Assembly (NCBI RefSeq): GCF_009914755.1
Contig: NC_060941.1
DNA: 64,000 nucleotides
Source: the human T2T-CHM13v2.0 reference genome, Homo sapiens
Reading direction: 5' to 3' (one strand)
Shown here: positions 16,430 to 38,002 of the stretch, piece after piece
How the letters are laid out: each line of letters opens with the position of its first letter
Position numbering within the stretch: the stretch's first letter is position 1
Translations under genes and position numbers: made by a program
The notes under the pieces: generated by a model
Seen by the model: only the letters and a program-made list of their open reading frames with translations
Databases searched by the model: none
Told to the model about the DNA's origin: nothing

Positions 16430-17761
16430 CATATTATTCCTGTGTCCTTGTTTCTCTGTCTGTCTGTGTGTTTCTAGGTGGGTCTCTTCCCCATGGGGGA
16501 GGGTTGACAGATAAAGAGTTGACATGATAAAGTCAACTGAGGGATGAGATGATCCTACAGACGACGGTGCCACTGAAACCAAAGAACCCTGAGATTTCTC
16601 TTTCTCCATCTCTCCAGCTGAGATCCTTCTAGTCTCCATGTCTCCCTCCACTCCCACTCCATCTCCCCAGACTGGTCTGACACTCCCCCACATTCTTTAG
16701 CTCAGGCCCTCCCCCTACCAGTCGCCCCTGCTCTGCTCCACATTCCCTCTGGACACTCCCCTGGAGTGGAAAAACCATCCCTCATCCCTTTCCGGCTCCC
16801 AGTCCCAGGATCGGACATGCTGGTCATTCCTGTTTGGGATGTCCAAAGAGATAAGGCCTGGCATGGGGCCAATCTGTCATCGCAGGACTCTCAAAGCTGT
16901 TTCAGGCAGGATCCTCACCCACATGGCGTTTCCACCCTAAGCCCCTGCCCTTCTTACCCTGGCTGGCTCCTCTTCTCCAGGAACATGGCAGAGGACTCAG
17001 GAGCCAGGCAGAGAGCAAAGATCACTGTTCAACTTCCATCCAGGTCAGCTTCCTGTTCCTTGACCCCACATGTCTTCTAATCCCTGCAGGCCCTGGGCCA
17101 CAAAGCAGACCATGAGAGAGGCTGGGTGGCTCTGGAAGTCAGAGGTCAGGAACAAATCCTGTTCTAAGGGCCGTTAGAGACAAGTGTCTTCTCCCCAAAC
17201 ACCACAGAGAAAGCTGTTATCACAGCTGCTTTTGTTTAGGCATGTCTAGCTGTCTGACAACCATCTGCCTGGAGTTTGTCTTCTTAAAGACACGGTTGTG
17301 GTCAGCGGCTTCAGTCCTAGCTCTGCCTCCCATAAAATTCAGATCTTGGACAGGCAGGTAACCTCCTGAGGCTCTGTTTTCTCCTAAGTCAAATGAATAT
17401 CATAATCCCCACCTCACAGGGAGGCCAGGAGGATAAAATGAGCCTGCTTGTGAAATGATTTGTAAACTGTAAAGCTAGGCCAGGACCCTTTCCCAGGCTC
17501 TGAATCTAATTTTGTACTCATAATTCTTATGAGTACAAAATAATTTTATTCTTAAAGAGCACCCCAGATTGCACAAGCTTCAGGACCCACCAAACTTGGA
17601 CACGCCCAAAGTAGTGTATAAATGTTCATTATTAGCATAAGTAGTTAAGGGCTCCAGGGTCAGATAACACAGGATGAAAATCCTAGTTGTGTGACCTCTG
17701 CCAAATTGCCTAACCTCCCTGAGCCTCATTTTTCTCGTTTTAAAACAGAGATAACACTTCA

Positions 17762-18567
<806 letters not shown>

Positions 18568-19029
18568 AGAGTAACCTCTTGAAGTTCCCTTTCGATTTGA
18601 TTCCTTGGTGGAGGAGACCTTTAGTCTCCGCCCACTTACTGCCACCTGGCCCTACCCACCAAACACCTGATGGGTGCTGACGTCCGAGCCCAGTCTCCAA
18701 ACACTCTGTTCGAGCTTGGGTGGGAAGAGGGAGCCTCTGGGATTCTGCTGGGCTGGGCCCTGAAGGCAGGAGTGGACGAGAAATGGATACGGTCTAGGCT
18801 CAGCTTCCCGGCTACGCAGTGCGTTCTGTGAAGGACGGACTCATTTCTACATTGACAGTCTTAGCCTTTGATACCAGAAGTCGCAGCACTTAGGGGGAAA
18901 AATGCTTTTTGGTAATTATAATTAGCGACATTTGGTTGTTACCACTGCTAAATATGTCTGTCTTTGCTGAGGAGCCAATCTCAGCTCGGATCAGGGTGAG
19001 TGGATAGGAGAAATAAATCTCGGCAAAGA

Positions 19030-20290
<1,261 letters not shown>

Positions 20291-23200
20291 ATTGGCAAGT
20301 GCTGACGGGGCCAGAACCTGTCTGGACGCCACCCCTCCGCCCTTTAGATCTCTCATGAGAGCGGAAGTGGGGTCCCGGTGGCTGAGTCCTCTCCCATTCT
20401 GTGAACCGAGTACCCAGCACTAGCCTGTTCTCTCCAGGGCTGGGAGCTGGGGTAAACTGCAAGATAAACACCCAGCGGACTCCCCCCTTCCCGTACGCTT
20501 GGGGGAAAAATGAGCATATACATTTAAGCACCTCGCTGGTAGTCTGCGGCCACGCCAGCCACACCCTCTGCAGAGCCAGACTGGATGGCCTTCTCAACCG
20601 CTGGCTTGGCGGATGGAGGGTGAGGCGATGGGTGAGTCTGGGCGTTTGGAGCTGTCCATACGCTCCCTCTGACGCCTTGAGGATAGGGGCGGTGAAAGAG
20701 AGAGGAGGACTTGTCCCAACTCTGGCTGGGTCTCCTCCTGCCCACCCGCAAGCAGTGGCACTCTCCCCGCAGACATCTTCCCTGCATTCCACAGATTCGT
20801 GTTGGATCTTCAACCCTGAGTGTGTTTGTTTTGGTTTGAAGAGGGAAACAGTGTTTTTCTCTTTCTTCTGTTCTCCTTCCCCAACAGCTGCAAGGAGGAG
20901 GGGAAGAGCTATGCACAGTGGAGGAAGGAGGAGGAGGTTGCACCCAGCCTCCTGGGTCCCCCTCACTCCACCAGACGCCCTCATGCCCAGGAGCATGTCC
21001 AGGCTTCAGAGGTCTCTCTGCCGTGGCCTCAGAGCGCGCGGAGGTTGGCGGTTGGGGGAGGTGAAGCTGTCCAAAGAGGGACGGTGTTTAGGACAGGTTA
21101 AGCAGGTACCATCCACCACTTTGGGCTGGGCGATCTGCCAGGCATCTGCCCCCACCTAGCCTCTGCCCCCACCTGGCCTCTGACCCCACTGAACAAGAAG
21201 ACGTGGTCACATCCAGGGTACACTGGAAAATCTCCCTGCTCTGGCTGGGGCCTGCAGAGCTTGAGGAAGTTTAGAATGTCCAAAGTCCAAACTCTGCCCC
21301 CGCCTTGGTTCTGCCCTCCTGACCCAGCCTACCTACCTGGACTTAACCTCAACTCCATCTTGCTCTTGCAGAGGCTAGGGCTACCACACCCTTCCCAGCC
21401 TGGCCCCAGCAGCTGCCACCTGGCCTTAGCCAACCCTCTATCTTTTGGAGATCCTGAGCCACCATGAGCACAAGTTTCTACATCAGCTCTTTCTGCCCTA
21501 ACTGAGAAAAAGATTTTCAGACTTTCAATGCCAAATCTGCATGATATAAGATAACATAGGTAAAGAGATCAGACTGGAAAGAAAGAGTCAATAATGATTC
21601 CGCAACCCTTTTGCCTGGTGACCTTGAGCAAGATATTTCCCCTCCCTGGGCCAGGTTTCCCCCAAAACGGGTTGGACCTGGATCTAGTGCTCTTTCCCAC
21701 TGCTGCTGGCCTGTGAGAAGCAACTTGATATGGTAGAGGGAGAAGAGGCTTGGAGGTCCCATGGCCAGTGTCCTGTCTCAGATCTGTTACCAATACCTGA
21801 ACCTGAATTTCCGCACATGTTGGAGGGAGGGGAACAGCATGCCTTCTGCTGGGATGTTAGTGGGGCTGTAACGAGATAAAGTGCGTAAAATCCTCTGCAC
21901 ATGTGCCTTTCTCCAAGGAGCACCTGAAGGCTCTTGCGCTGAGGCCAGAACCTGGATGCATCCTCATTACCCATGGGCCCCGCCCAGGGTGGCTGAGCAA
22001 AGGGGTTCTACTTTTCTGTCTGGGAAGCTGGAGCTGGCATTCAGCCTGCCAAGAGCCCAGAAGGTTCTAAAGCTAATGAACCTCTGAGGGGCAGTTCTCT
22101 CCCTTGAGTATCCTCAGTCTTTCCTAAGGGTGGTTCTGTGTCTTGGCCCTTCTCTTCATCTCACTAAATTCGACCCCTCGGCCATTTGGGAGAGCCAGCT
22201 GGGCTTAGCTGCAGCCAGCTGTGTAGCCAGATGCAAACAGCTGCCTGAGTGCACAACTCAGAGGAACTAACTAGTAAGACGAGCTGCAGCCTCATATTCT
22301 GTTAGCCTGAAAGTCTCTTTGGAAAAGTGGGATGGTTCGTGGTCTTGGACAGGCTCTTAAACTGGGGTTCGTAGAAGGTTTTCAAGAGATGCAGGGACTC
22401 CCTGAAAGTGTACCCAAAATCGTAGTATTTGTCCACTGCCCTGGGGGTGGGAGGAGGGGAGAGCACAGCTTTCTTGTTCTCCATTCATAAGGCCTCAGAA
22501 ATGGTTAGAAACCCAGGGGTGGGACCCTCTTTGCTGCCCCATCACCTTCATCTCTGGACTGGGGTTCCTGGTCCACAACATAGGGGGCTAGCCCCAACCC
22601 AGGGCCCAGTCTCCTAGTCTGTGGAAATGAGGGGTAAGGAGCAGGCAGAGGACCAAAGTGCTCTGGGCTTCTTGGCAAGATGCATGAGGGGTTCCTTGGA
22701 GGGACAGGGACTGTTCTCTGGGAGGTGGTTACTGACACCCTCTCTGCTCCAGCACCTGCACTGACATTCCCTCCTGGGAATCCAGGCATTCTGGTCTGGC
22801 CTGACCCTGTGGGCCTATGGGGATACTGCCGGTCCTTCTCTCTCTTTCACTTTTGCTTGGAAATGAGGGTATCTGGGAAGCCCAGGGCAGGGTGGCTCCT
22901 AGAAATGAGGTCATGCCTGAGGTACGCAGGAGCCAGGCTCACCTGCCATGCTCTCCTAACATCATGTTTCCCTGGGCAAAGCAGGTGCCTGGCAGCCTTC
23001 AAGGTTCGTGCCAGCAGAAATGGGCACAGCAGCTGTGGCTGGAGGCAGAAGGCCTGCTCGTGTAGTATCTTTTTCCTCTGGCTCTACCCAGTGACCAGTC
23101 TAGGCCAAGAGGCTTTCAACTGGGCAGGAGTAGGGGAAGCCTGATCTTGTAGAAAAAGCAGCAGCGAAGGGGGCTTGGTCAGAAGTAAACAAAGAAGGAA

Positions 23201-25194
23201 GAAGATCCCCTTTGCAGTAAGAGGAATTGAGGTTAGATGACACTTAGAATGCCCTCGGGGGTCAAATACAGGAAAAATACTGAAGAGCCAAGGAAAGGGA
23301 GCAGAACTGAGAAAAATGGCCTTGTTCTTTTTTTATCTGAGGCTTAGCCAGGGCTCTTTTTCCTGTCCTTTCTCATTCTCTCTCTCCCTCCAGCTTGTTG
23401 CTCTGGTTCTAGGGCTGAGTCACCAGTGGGGAGAGGGGGCTGGGTGGGCAGCAAGGGAAGGGTCAGGAAGGATGGGGAGGGCTGCAGTTTCAGCTGCCAC
23501 AGGGCCGGCCTCTGGGGAGATGGCTAATTCGGGCAGCAAGGCTGGCATAGAGCTGGGATCCAGGCATCCCAGAGCTGCCCCCACCCCTTCTCTGGGGCTC
23601 AGAGGTGGAGCAGGCACCCTCCCCACCTGCCTCCCGGCCGGGGATAGGAGGGAAACACAGGAGGCTAGGTACCCAAGGAGTGAGGCCCTGCCATGTTGGC
23701 CTGAGTGCTAGATCCTTTGGCCCCCTCTGGAATCCTCCCATGGAGCCACCAAGTGCCTCCCTGAGGTGACAGAATCTGGGAAGGTGAATCTTACAGGCTG
23801 CTTCTCTGAGCATTACCCCACCCCAGTGCCCCCAGGGGCCTTCTCCTCTTTGAGGTGAGCCAACCTGGTACCCTGAATTCTCCTGGGTACTGTGCCGCGC
23901 CCTTCTTTGATTCTTCTGCTTTCTCCTTGGCTGTTCCATTAGCTCTGAACTGCCCCAAGGGGAGTGATAGGGCAGGGGTAAGGAAGGGCTTTTTCGGAAC
24001 TTGGAGCTCAAGGGGCTCCGCAGAGGCCAAGAGGGGCTGTTTGGCTGGAGCCAATGGGAGGGTGAGGAGGCAGCTGTTGGAAAGCCCTTGAGTAGTCACT
24101 TCACCCATCCCACTCCATCTGGGGGGCTGGGGGTCTCTGCTCCCCCCAGTCCAGCCTGACTCCAGGAGAGGGGCAGTCCCATCTCCTATCTTCCTTGCTC
24201 TAAGAGCTCCATCTAGGCATCCCTCCACCTACTCTCCCTCCTTCTGGCTGCAGCTGAGGGGATGGGTTCAGTACTGCTCTGGAAGGGGTCAGCTTTTGGA
24301 TTTTGTGATCTGGACCAGACCTAAAAGCAGGTGGCTGGCAGAATTGCTCATTTGTGTACTAATTTGCATTTCATTTGCATACAGTAAGGTCCCTCTCACC
24401 TTCAGGATTCTCCAACCCCCTCCGCACACACCTGGGTGTGTGTGGCTGGAGGAAGCTGGAACCACCCTCTGCACACCCGCCTTCCCCCATCCATGTGCAG
24501 GCCTCTGGCTGTAGACCCATTGGATCCTGGGCTGGGAGCCAGAGGGCCTTAAAGGGCCTCTGAGTGGGCCAAGTGGAAGCTAAAAATACTCTGGGGGGGT
24601 GAAGCGGGGGCTCACTCTGGAATCTCTGAGGAGGGAGGGGCCTGGGATGTAGGGCTGGGATTAGGGCACTGGCCCTGCCCTGCCCTCTATCAGTAGGCAT
24701 AAGGCTGGTTCCAGGCAACAGGCAGGAGGGTATTGGTGGTAAGGGGAAGTATTTCAATCTGATTGACATGCGTGCCCAGCTCTGCCTGCTCAGTACCTTG
24801 GGAAGTTCAGAGGAGGGAGTCCCTTAGCCCCTTCCTGGCTGAGTTGAGGGGGCTGGGAGGGCATGGAGACCCTTTTGCTCAGCTGCCTCCTGTATGACAA
24901 CATGGGCAGGGCAGCAGCAGCAACAAGGGGGCAACACTTCCATTACAGGCGTGCCCAAGGCCCGGCCTCCCACTGAGGCCCGGACCCCTTAGTGTCACTG
25001 TAGAAAATTCCCAACCTCCACCTCCAGCCAGATCTGAGCCCCCGCTGTAGAGTGACTCTAGCTGCCAGCGCTCCCACCCTGACCCCAGTGATCACCTGGT
25101 ATCCTCAAGCCATGGAAGTCTTCCTATGTCTCCCTGCTGATCTCTCTAAACCACCAAAGGAGTCTCTTCTTTTCCCTCTGCTCCAGGTTCCCTA

Positions 25195-25572
<378 letters not shown>

Positions 25573-27471
25573 CTAGACCAGTCCTGATGCCACAACAAAT
25601 CGGAACAACAATGCTCACATTAGCTATGGCTTCATATCAGAACACCTTTTTGTAGAATAGACCTATTTGTTCCTCTAGCAACCCTGGAGGTCAGCAGGAG
25701 AGGGGCTGCCCCCATTTTACAGATGGGGCACTCAGGGCTCAGAGAAGGAAAGGAAATTGCCCCTTCAGGCAGAACAAACCCTAGACCCAGGTCCGTGGGT
25801 TCTCAGGCTGAGATGCTCCTTTCCCGCAGGCTGTGGGTCCCTTCTCTCATCTGTCAGGCACGCCAGAGAGCGGATGTCCATGGGTGGTCAGGCAGTGGAC
25901 TCATCGAGGCCTTCCCAGCCCAGAGAGAAGTGACTCTCCAGGCCTGGCTGCCACCCTGGCCCCCTGCCAGCCTCCCTGGCCAGGAAGCTTCACCCCTTCT
26001 CCCAGGAACACTTCCCCAGGGTGAGGTCTGAGCTGTTGTCTTGAAGTATAGGCAAGGTCCCACCCCCTTCCCAGCACCCGCAGGCAGTACATTCCTGACT
26101 CCCAGTGGGTGGAGATACCCCAGGCCCTGGCATGCCCAGGCCCTGCACTGCCCTGCCCTGCCCAGCCCACTCCCTGTAGCCCACACTCACAGGTCCCAGG
26201 CAGAAGCTACAGGCGTGGCTGTTGCTTGGCACTTCCAGACTGGCAGGAGGCCCAGAGCCCAAGTTCTGAGCTGGGAGCTGTAGAGTGATAGAGTTGCTGG
26301 GGCCAAATGGTGGGGCACCTGGGAGGTGCCTGCCACCCGAGAAGGCCAGGGCCATCAGGATTGAGCAGGGGCTCCTGGCAGAACATTTAGAGGCTGCAGG
26401 GAGGTGATGTGGGGAGAAAATCTGCTAAAACTGAGTTCTCAAACTGGGGTGCACCAGATTCCACCAGATGGTGTGTTGTGGGCAGAGGAATCTACCTTTT
26501 TAACAAAGATCCCCGGGGTTTCTGATGGCCCAAGGCTTGTCCTCTAAGATGGCATTTCAGGGCCAACCCCTGCCTCTTTCTGCTCCAGCCACCCCTCTGG
26601 TATGGGACGGGTTGCCAGGGTCCTAAGCATCCTTGCAGGAACTTGCTGTCTGCATCCCCAAAGATGGATTCTGGGCAGGCTGGGAGCAAGGCAAGAGCCC
26701 TTTCCCTCCCCACCTGCTGCCCACCCACTGGGAACTCTGCTCTGGGGCCACATTGTCCAAAGTGTCAGGTACTTATCCCAACCCCTACCTGTGTGCCTGT
26801 CTTAAGGTAACTGGGGAAGGATGTTGGACATCACCCAGGTCGCTTAGGGGCCCAGGTCTCCAAGATCTGAGTCTCCACATGGCTTCAGGAGGAAAAACCC
26901 AGCGTTCTGACAACCCAGTCCCCTAAGTTCTCCCCTCTGAACCCCCAGAATTTGAACTCTCTGCCAGGATTCCTCATCTTGCTCTCTTCTGGTCTACCTT
27001 CATCTCAAAGGCCAAAGCATTCCTTCCAAAACTGAGATCTGGCCATGTCATGCCCCTGCCTAAAATCCCTCTGTGGTTCCCCTAAGGACCTTCCCAGCCT
27101 GCCTTTGTGTGCCTCCCCAGAGGCTCCTGGACTCCAGCTATGCTGAGGGCCTTGCAGGTCTCTGATTCACCCTGCTGGCTCTTGCTTCCTGGCCCTGCAC
27201 ATGTGTGCCTTTGCCCAAGTGCTCTTCCTCCCCTTCTTCACCTGGAGAACCCTGGTGATTGTCCTCAGACTCAGATTAGGTCACCTCTTCTGCTGGCCTC
27301 CATCACTGCCCCCTCAGCCCTGAGCCTGGGCTACTGTGCTCCCTGCTTCCCACTCCCGGGGCACTTCCTTCTAGTGTCTTTTTTCCTTGCCTGCCTTACC
27401 CTACACTGGGCACTTCTGGAGGGCAGGAGCTGGGGGTCTCCTGGCACCAAGAATCTGTAAATGTATGTTGA

Positions 27472-27750
<279 letters not shown>

Positions 27751-27968
27751 TAGAAGGCTTGTTCACACGGCTTCTAGTCGCTTCTTGTCCAGCTGGGAAG
27801 AGGGTGCCCTAGAGGAGAGTGGGGCTGGATGGGATTGGTAGAGCTCAGAATAATGACGAGCTGGAGAAGGGGAGTTGGGAGGGCTGCCCTGTGGGTGGAG
27901 GGCCCAAGCGGGACCCACTCCTGCCCTCTGGAGACTTTGGGCACTGAAGTATGGGTGAGGTGCTCTGA

Positions 27969-28250
<282 letters not shown>

Positions 28251-29044
28251 TGAGTATCCTGTGCTCTCCCAAACCCCCGCACGGCCTGAGTTCTCTGACT
28301 CATCCACTTCCTCCGCATGCCTACACTGGGTGCTCAGCCTTCGTGGGAACAAGCCGAGGGAGCCGAGGGAACTGCAAGGAGGAGAAAGGGCAGAGAGGGC
28401 CCCAGGCAGCTCAGCGCTGGCTGGCGCTCCTTCCTGGGAGGCTGACTGCCGGAAGAGGCCCAGCCCTGCTGACCCCGGCTCACCCAGCTCTGGTCTGGGG
28501 GCTAATCAAATGTGTCACCTCCTGCCCACATTCTATAGTGGCAGCCCCTGAGTTCTCCATTTCTGGGTCCCAGATAGACATTTCCCCCCGCATTTTTTTC
28601 TCTCTCTGTCTCTTGTTGTTGTTGTTATATTCCAAAAAGGATTTTGATTTTATTGCTTCACACACAGAAGAGTTCTGGTTAAGGCTTGCCTTGCTCCTGG
28701 TGCTCATATGATGCCACCAGGATGTGATTTATCTCAAGCACTTAACTCTGTGTTCTTCGTGTTGCCTCCATTCTTTGATAGGCATTCTTTTCGTAGTGCC
28801 AAGATGAATGCAACAGCTTCAGCTTTATCTTCTTTGACCTTCAAGTTCTATAGTCCCAGTAGATATCTGACTACAACTCATTAGCTCTGACTATTTCAGG
28901 TACTCCTCTCTGAAACAATTACTGTGACCAAGAGAATGCAATACTTATACTTTCTTCAGACATGAATTATCAGTATCCAGATAGGCACATAAACTCAGTC
29001 TTAGAATGTGTTGCTTTGATGTCAGGTTTTTCTCTTGCCTTGAT

Positions 29045-29140
29045 AGTTCCACATGGCTGGGGAAGCCTCACAATCACGGTGGAAGGCAAGGAGGAGCAAG
29101 TCCCATCTTACGCTGATGGCAGCAGGCAAAGAGAGAATGA
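29045..29140. mobile_element. Short THE1/MST (MaLR LTR) fragment
   Basis: gttccacatggctggggaagcctcacaatcacggtggaaggcaaggaggagcaagtc matches MaLR LTR consensus as recalled. Confidence 0.7.
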
Positions 29141-29144
29141 GGCT

Positions 29145-30250
<1,106 letters not shown>

Positions 30251-31494
30251 AAATTGATGTAATGTTTACATACAGTGAAATGTACAGATTTCAAACTTCA
30301 ATGAATTTTTACAAATGTATGTACCTGTATAACCAAAGATATATCTTAAAATCACTCCAGAAGGTGCCCTTGTAACCCCTTCTAATCATTTGCCACCCCA
30401 TAAGCCACCACTGCTGGGATTTCTGTCACCTTTGAACACTGTTTTAAGCTCCAGGTTGGCATCAGTTCACTGAAATGCCTTTTTGATAACCCTGTTATGG
30501 ATGGCTGTGGTCTAGGAGCCCATTTAAAGTGATTCTGCACCCTGGATCCTTTAGCAGTTATTTACTCACTGTTCATTCAACAGATATTTGGTGAGCCCCT
30601 ACTGTGTACCAAACACTGTGCTATTCCTAGAAGCTTAGCAGTGACTAAGACAGGCTCAGGTAACATGCTGGTGGAGCTCACAGCTAGAAGGGACCACAGA
30701 AAGCAAGTAAACAAGAACCAGGGCCTACTTCTGGACTTTGCCTGTCTCCAGGCTGTTTTAAGTCACCCTATTCTGGCCCATCAGTTTGCCCAATAAATAT
30801 ATACTGAGCAGCTAAAGTGCACCCAGAGAGGCTGCGCATAGATTCTCCCCTCCGTGAAGCAGCACAGCATGTGCTTAAGAGCTCAGATTTTGGAAGGAGA
30901 CAGCCTTGGTTTGAATATTCTCTGCCTCTCTCTAGATATGAGATCTTATGCAGGTTACTGAGCTCTCCATGCCTCAGTTTATCTAAAATGGGGGAAATAA
31001 TCATTCCTACACCATAGGGTCACTAGCAGGCTTAACACTTAATATGTGAGGAGTTCAGAATTGTGCCTGGCATATAGGAAGCACTCATGAAGTGTTAGCT
31101 GCTGCTATTATTATTACCGTCATTGTAATTATTATTTTAATAATGGTCCTTTCATTAAGAGGACAGGGTCATCTGGAGATGGCAGAGCAGCAAGTCCCTT
31201 AATCTCTCTGTTACTAACCCCTTCTAGACCAAGAGCCTGAACCCCACAGTCTCTCATCCTTCCCTGCTTTCCCTTTGCTGAGATCTCTAAGCCACTCTCA
31301 GATCCACACTTTACAGCTTTCCAAAAAGTGTTCCTGACCCTCAGAGCAGATTTCTGAATTCTGGAAAGGAGATGCAGGTTTAAGTATCACTGGGAGAAGG
31401 AGAAGCCAGGAGATCTCCTTTGACTCCTGTTTGGCAAAGCCAGAGGCTTACAGGGTAAAAGAGACAGCTGACCCGGGTCCCTGTGCCTGACTAA

Positions 31495-34149
<2,655 letters not shown>

Positions 34150-34310
34150 TTAAAGAGGATGTGTTTTATAAATGGCAAAATGCTCACCAATAAAAGGGGT
34201 TATTACTATCCTTGTTGGGTGGGGGTGGGGGTGGGCTGGACATGGTAGAGGAAACCAGAAACCGGTGGTGACTTATACTCCCTACTCTCCCTCCCTCAAT
34301 CCCTGTGAAG

Positions 34311-34397
34311 GAAACAGCTACATGATTCAGCGCAAGGAGTGGGACTTATCTGAGTATAGTTACAAGGACCCAGAGGACCAAGGAAACCTCTATATTG
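34311..34397 (+). CDS. ITGA3: ITGA3 exon 5
   Basis: aag|GA; [28 protein letters not shown]; donor gtgagt. Confidence 0.97.
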
Positions 34398-34725
34398 GTG
34401 AGTACAGTAGTGGTAGCCCATCAAGTGGTAGAGGGGAAGGGGGCTTAGTCCCTGGTGGAAAGGTGAGGCCAGAGTGCAGTTGTGACTAATGGCATTTAGT
34501 TAAACTAGCACACACGGATTGGCCGGCACCTGTATGCCAGGCCCTGTTCCAAGCTCCCAAGATGCAAAGTTCTTGACTTCAGGATGCTCACAGTCCAGTG
34601 TCCAGGCAGAACTGGGCCATGGCTGCTGGCCATCTGGAGTCTACTTTCTTGCCCTACTTGGAATAGTGGGATAGAACATCATGGTGGGGGGCAAGAGAGG
34701 GAATAGGGAGATGGGTCCAGAGTAG

Positions 34726-34986
<261 letters not shown>

Positions 34987-35255
34987 TGAGAATCTAGGGA
35001 CATCCTCTGGGGCCAGGGAGAGCGATGGGCGGGGGAAGGCTTACCTAAGCCAGGTGAGGGGAGTGGAGGATTTGCAGTTGTGCGGCTGTCTGCATGTTGT
35101 TTGCAGAGGTTTGCAGTCAGGCTTTATGGGAGTCTGAGCACCTGCACATGGCATTTGTGGGACCCCTGCGTTTGCTTGTTTCTGCTTGGGATTTGTATGC
35201 TCCAGTGGATGTGGATTGTTTGGGTTTGATTTGTGCCTGCATGGCGTCTCCATGA

Positions 35256-35756
<501 letters not shown>

Positions 35757-36856
35757 TGAGACAGGATGGGGCCGGACCTGGGGAGCTCGCAGCAGTACTA
35801 GAGAGAGGATGTGCAGATGTGCAGAGGAAGCACAGAGGCAAGCTCAGTGGGCCTCCTGGAGGAGCTTGCATGCCACTGTGCAGCCAAGGCTGGGCTGAGA
35901 GTGCACAGTAGAGAACTGATGGGGCACAACATGGGTGTGGAAACTGGCCTGGTGTGCCCAAATCTAGCGGGTGTAGAGTGTTCACATCAGAGAGGAGGCT
36001 GGAGGGGGAGTGGGGTGGGGTGGGGTGAGGATGGATGCTTTGAAAGCCAGGCAGAGTATCTTAGGGATTTATATTTGGGTAATGGTGATGGTGGGGTCAT
36101 GGGGCATCCAGAGAAAGTTTTAGGGCAGGGATGTGATATAATAACTTTGTACCCTGAAGGATGATTCTGGAAGGGGTATGGAATGAGTGATTGCAGGGAT
36201 GGAGCAAGGCCAGGGGAGTTAAGATCAAGAATGTAATATCTCAGGTGGGAGATGATAAGGAATGGGACAAGGTGGGAGCCCTGGATATAGGGGTCCTCAT
36301 AAGTGTTCTGCAGGACTTGGGGACCAATCGGACCTGGGGTATCAGGGACAGGGGCAGACCCAGGGCTGGAGTCAGTGCCATGGGGGCACCTGGCTTATCT
36401 GAAAGTCACTTCTCTGATAATCTCAGTTTCCCAGGACATAGCTGAGAACCAAGAGGAAGGCAAAGGAGCCTCTGAAGACCCAAAATAGGTGCCAGAAAGT
36501 TCAGTCACCAGAGGCCAAGTGTGCACTGTGGAAATCATTTGGTTTCGGCCTGGGACCTGCTTCTGCTCCCTTTACAGGCCTTACTAACAAGCTTGGCTTG
36601 CTGATTCCCTAGGCCTTATCTGATCCAAAGCTGCAAACTGGAAAGAGTTCAGTTTAAGAAGATAACCAAATACTTGGGGGTTATTTGTGGAGATAATGAT
36701 TAGAATGTAAAAAGCCTTGACACTTTCAGTGAAGTTCACTGTAGTGTTGTGGTTAAAATCCCAGCCCCTGCTGTGAGACAGCCCTGGGCTCAAATTTTCT
36801 CTTTTCTACACTCATTAGTTGTACAACTCTGGGTTTTTGGAGTGTCTCCTCATCTA

Positions 36857-37054
<198 letters not shown>

Positions 37055-37058
37055 CTAT

Positions 37059-37060
<2 letters not shown>

Positions 37061-37107
<47 letters not shown>

Positions 37108-37117
37108 CGCACACACA
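37061..37117. repeat. (CA)n microsatellite at the tail of an Alu monomer (36913-37060)
   Basis: Direct inspection. Confidence 0.95.
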
Positions 37118-37357
37118 CTGAATGCTTGACAACTGTCTGGTAGAGTCACTTGTCATCTCCTGAACCTACTTTCCCACCCGTGATAGGAGGAAGCTGGGCT
37201 CCAGATGGTCCCAGTGTTCATCCTGAGCTGCAGAGCTCTGCTCTGTCCCTGATGCTCTGAGCCCTGCCCATCAATCAGGCCAAGATCAGTTCTGTGCTGG
37301 GCTGTATGGCCTGGAGCAAAGAGTTAGGGAGACGTGGGGCCCAGAGTACCTGGGTGA

Positions 37358-37748
<391 letters not shown>

Positions 37749-37771
37749 TGAGCCAGGAGGCCAGTGAATAA

Positions 37772-38002
<231 letters not shown>

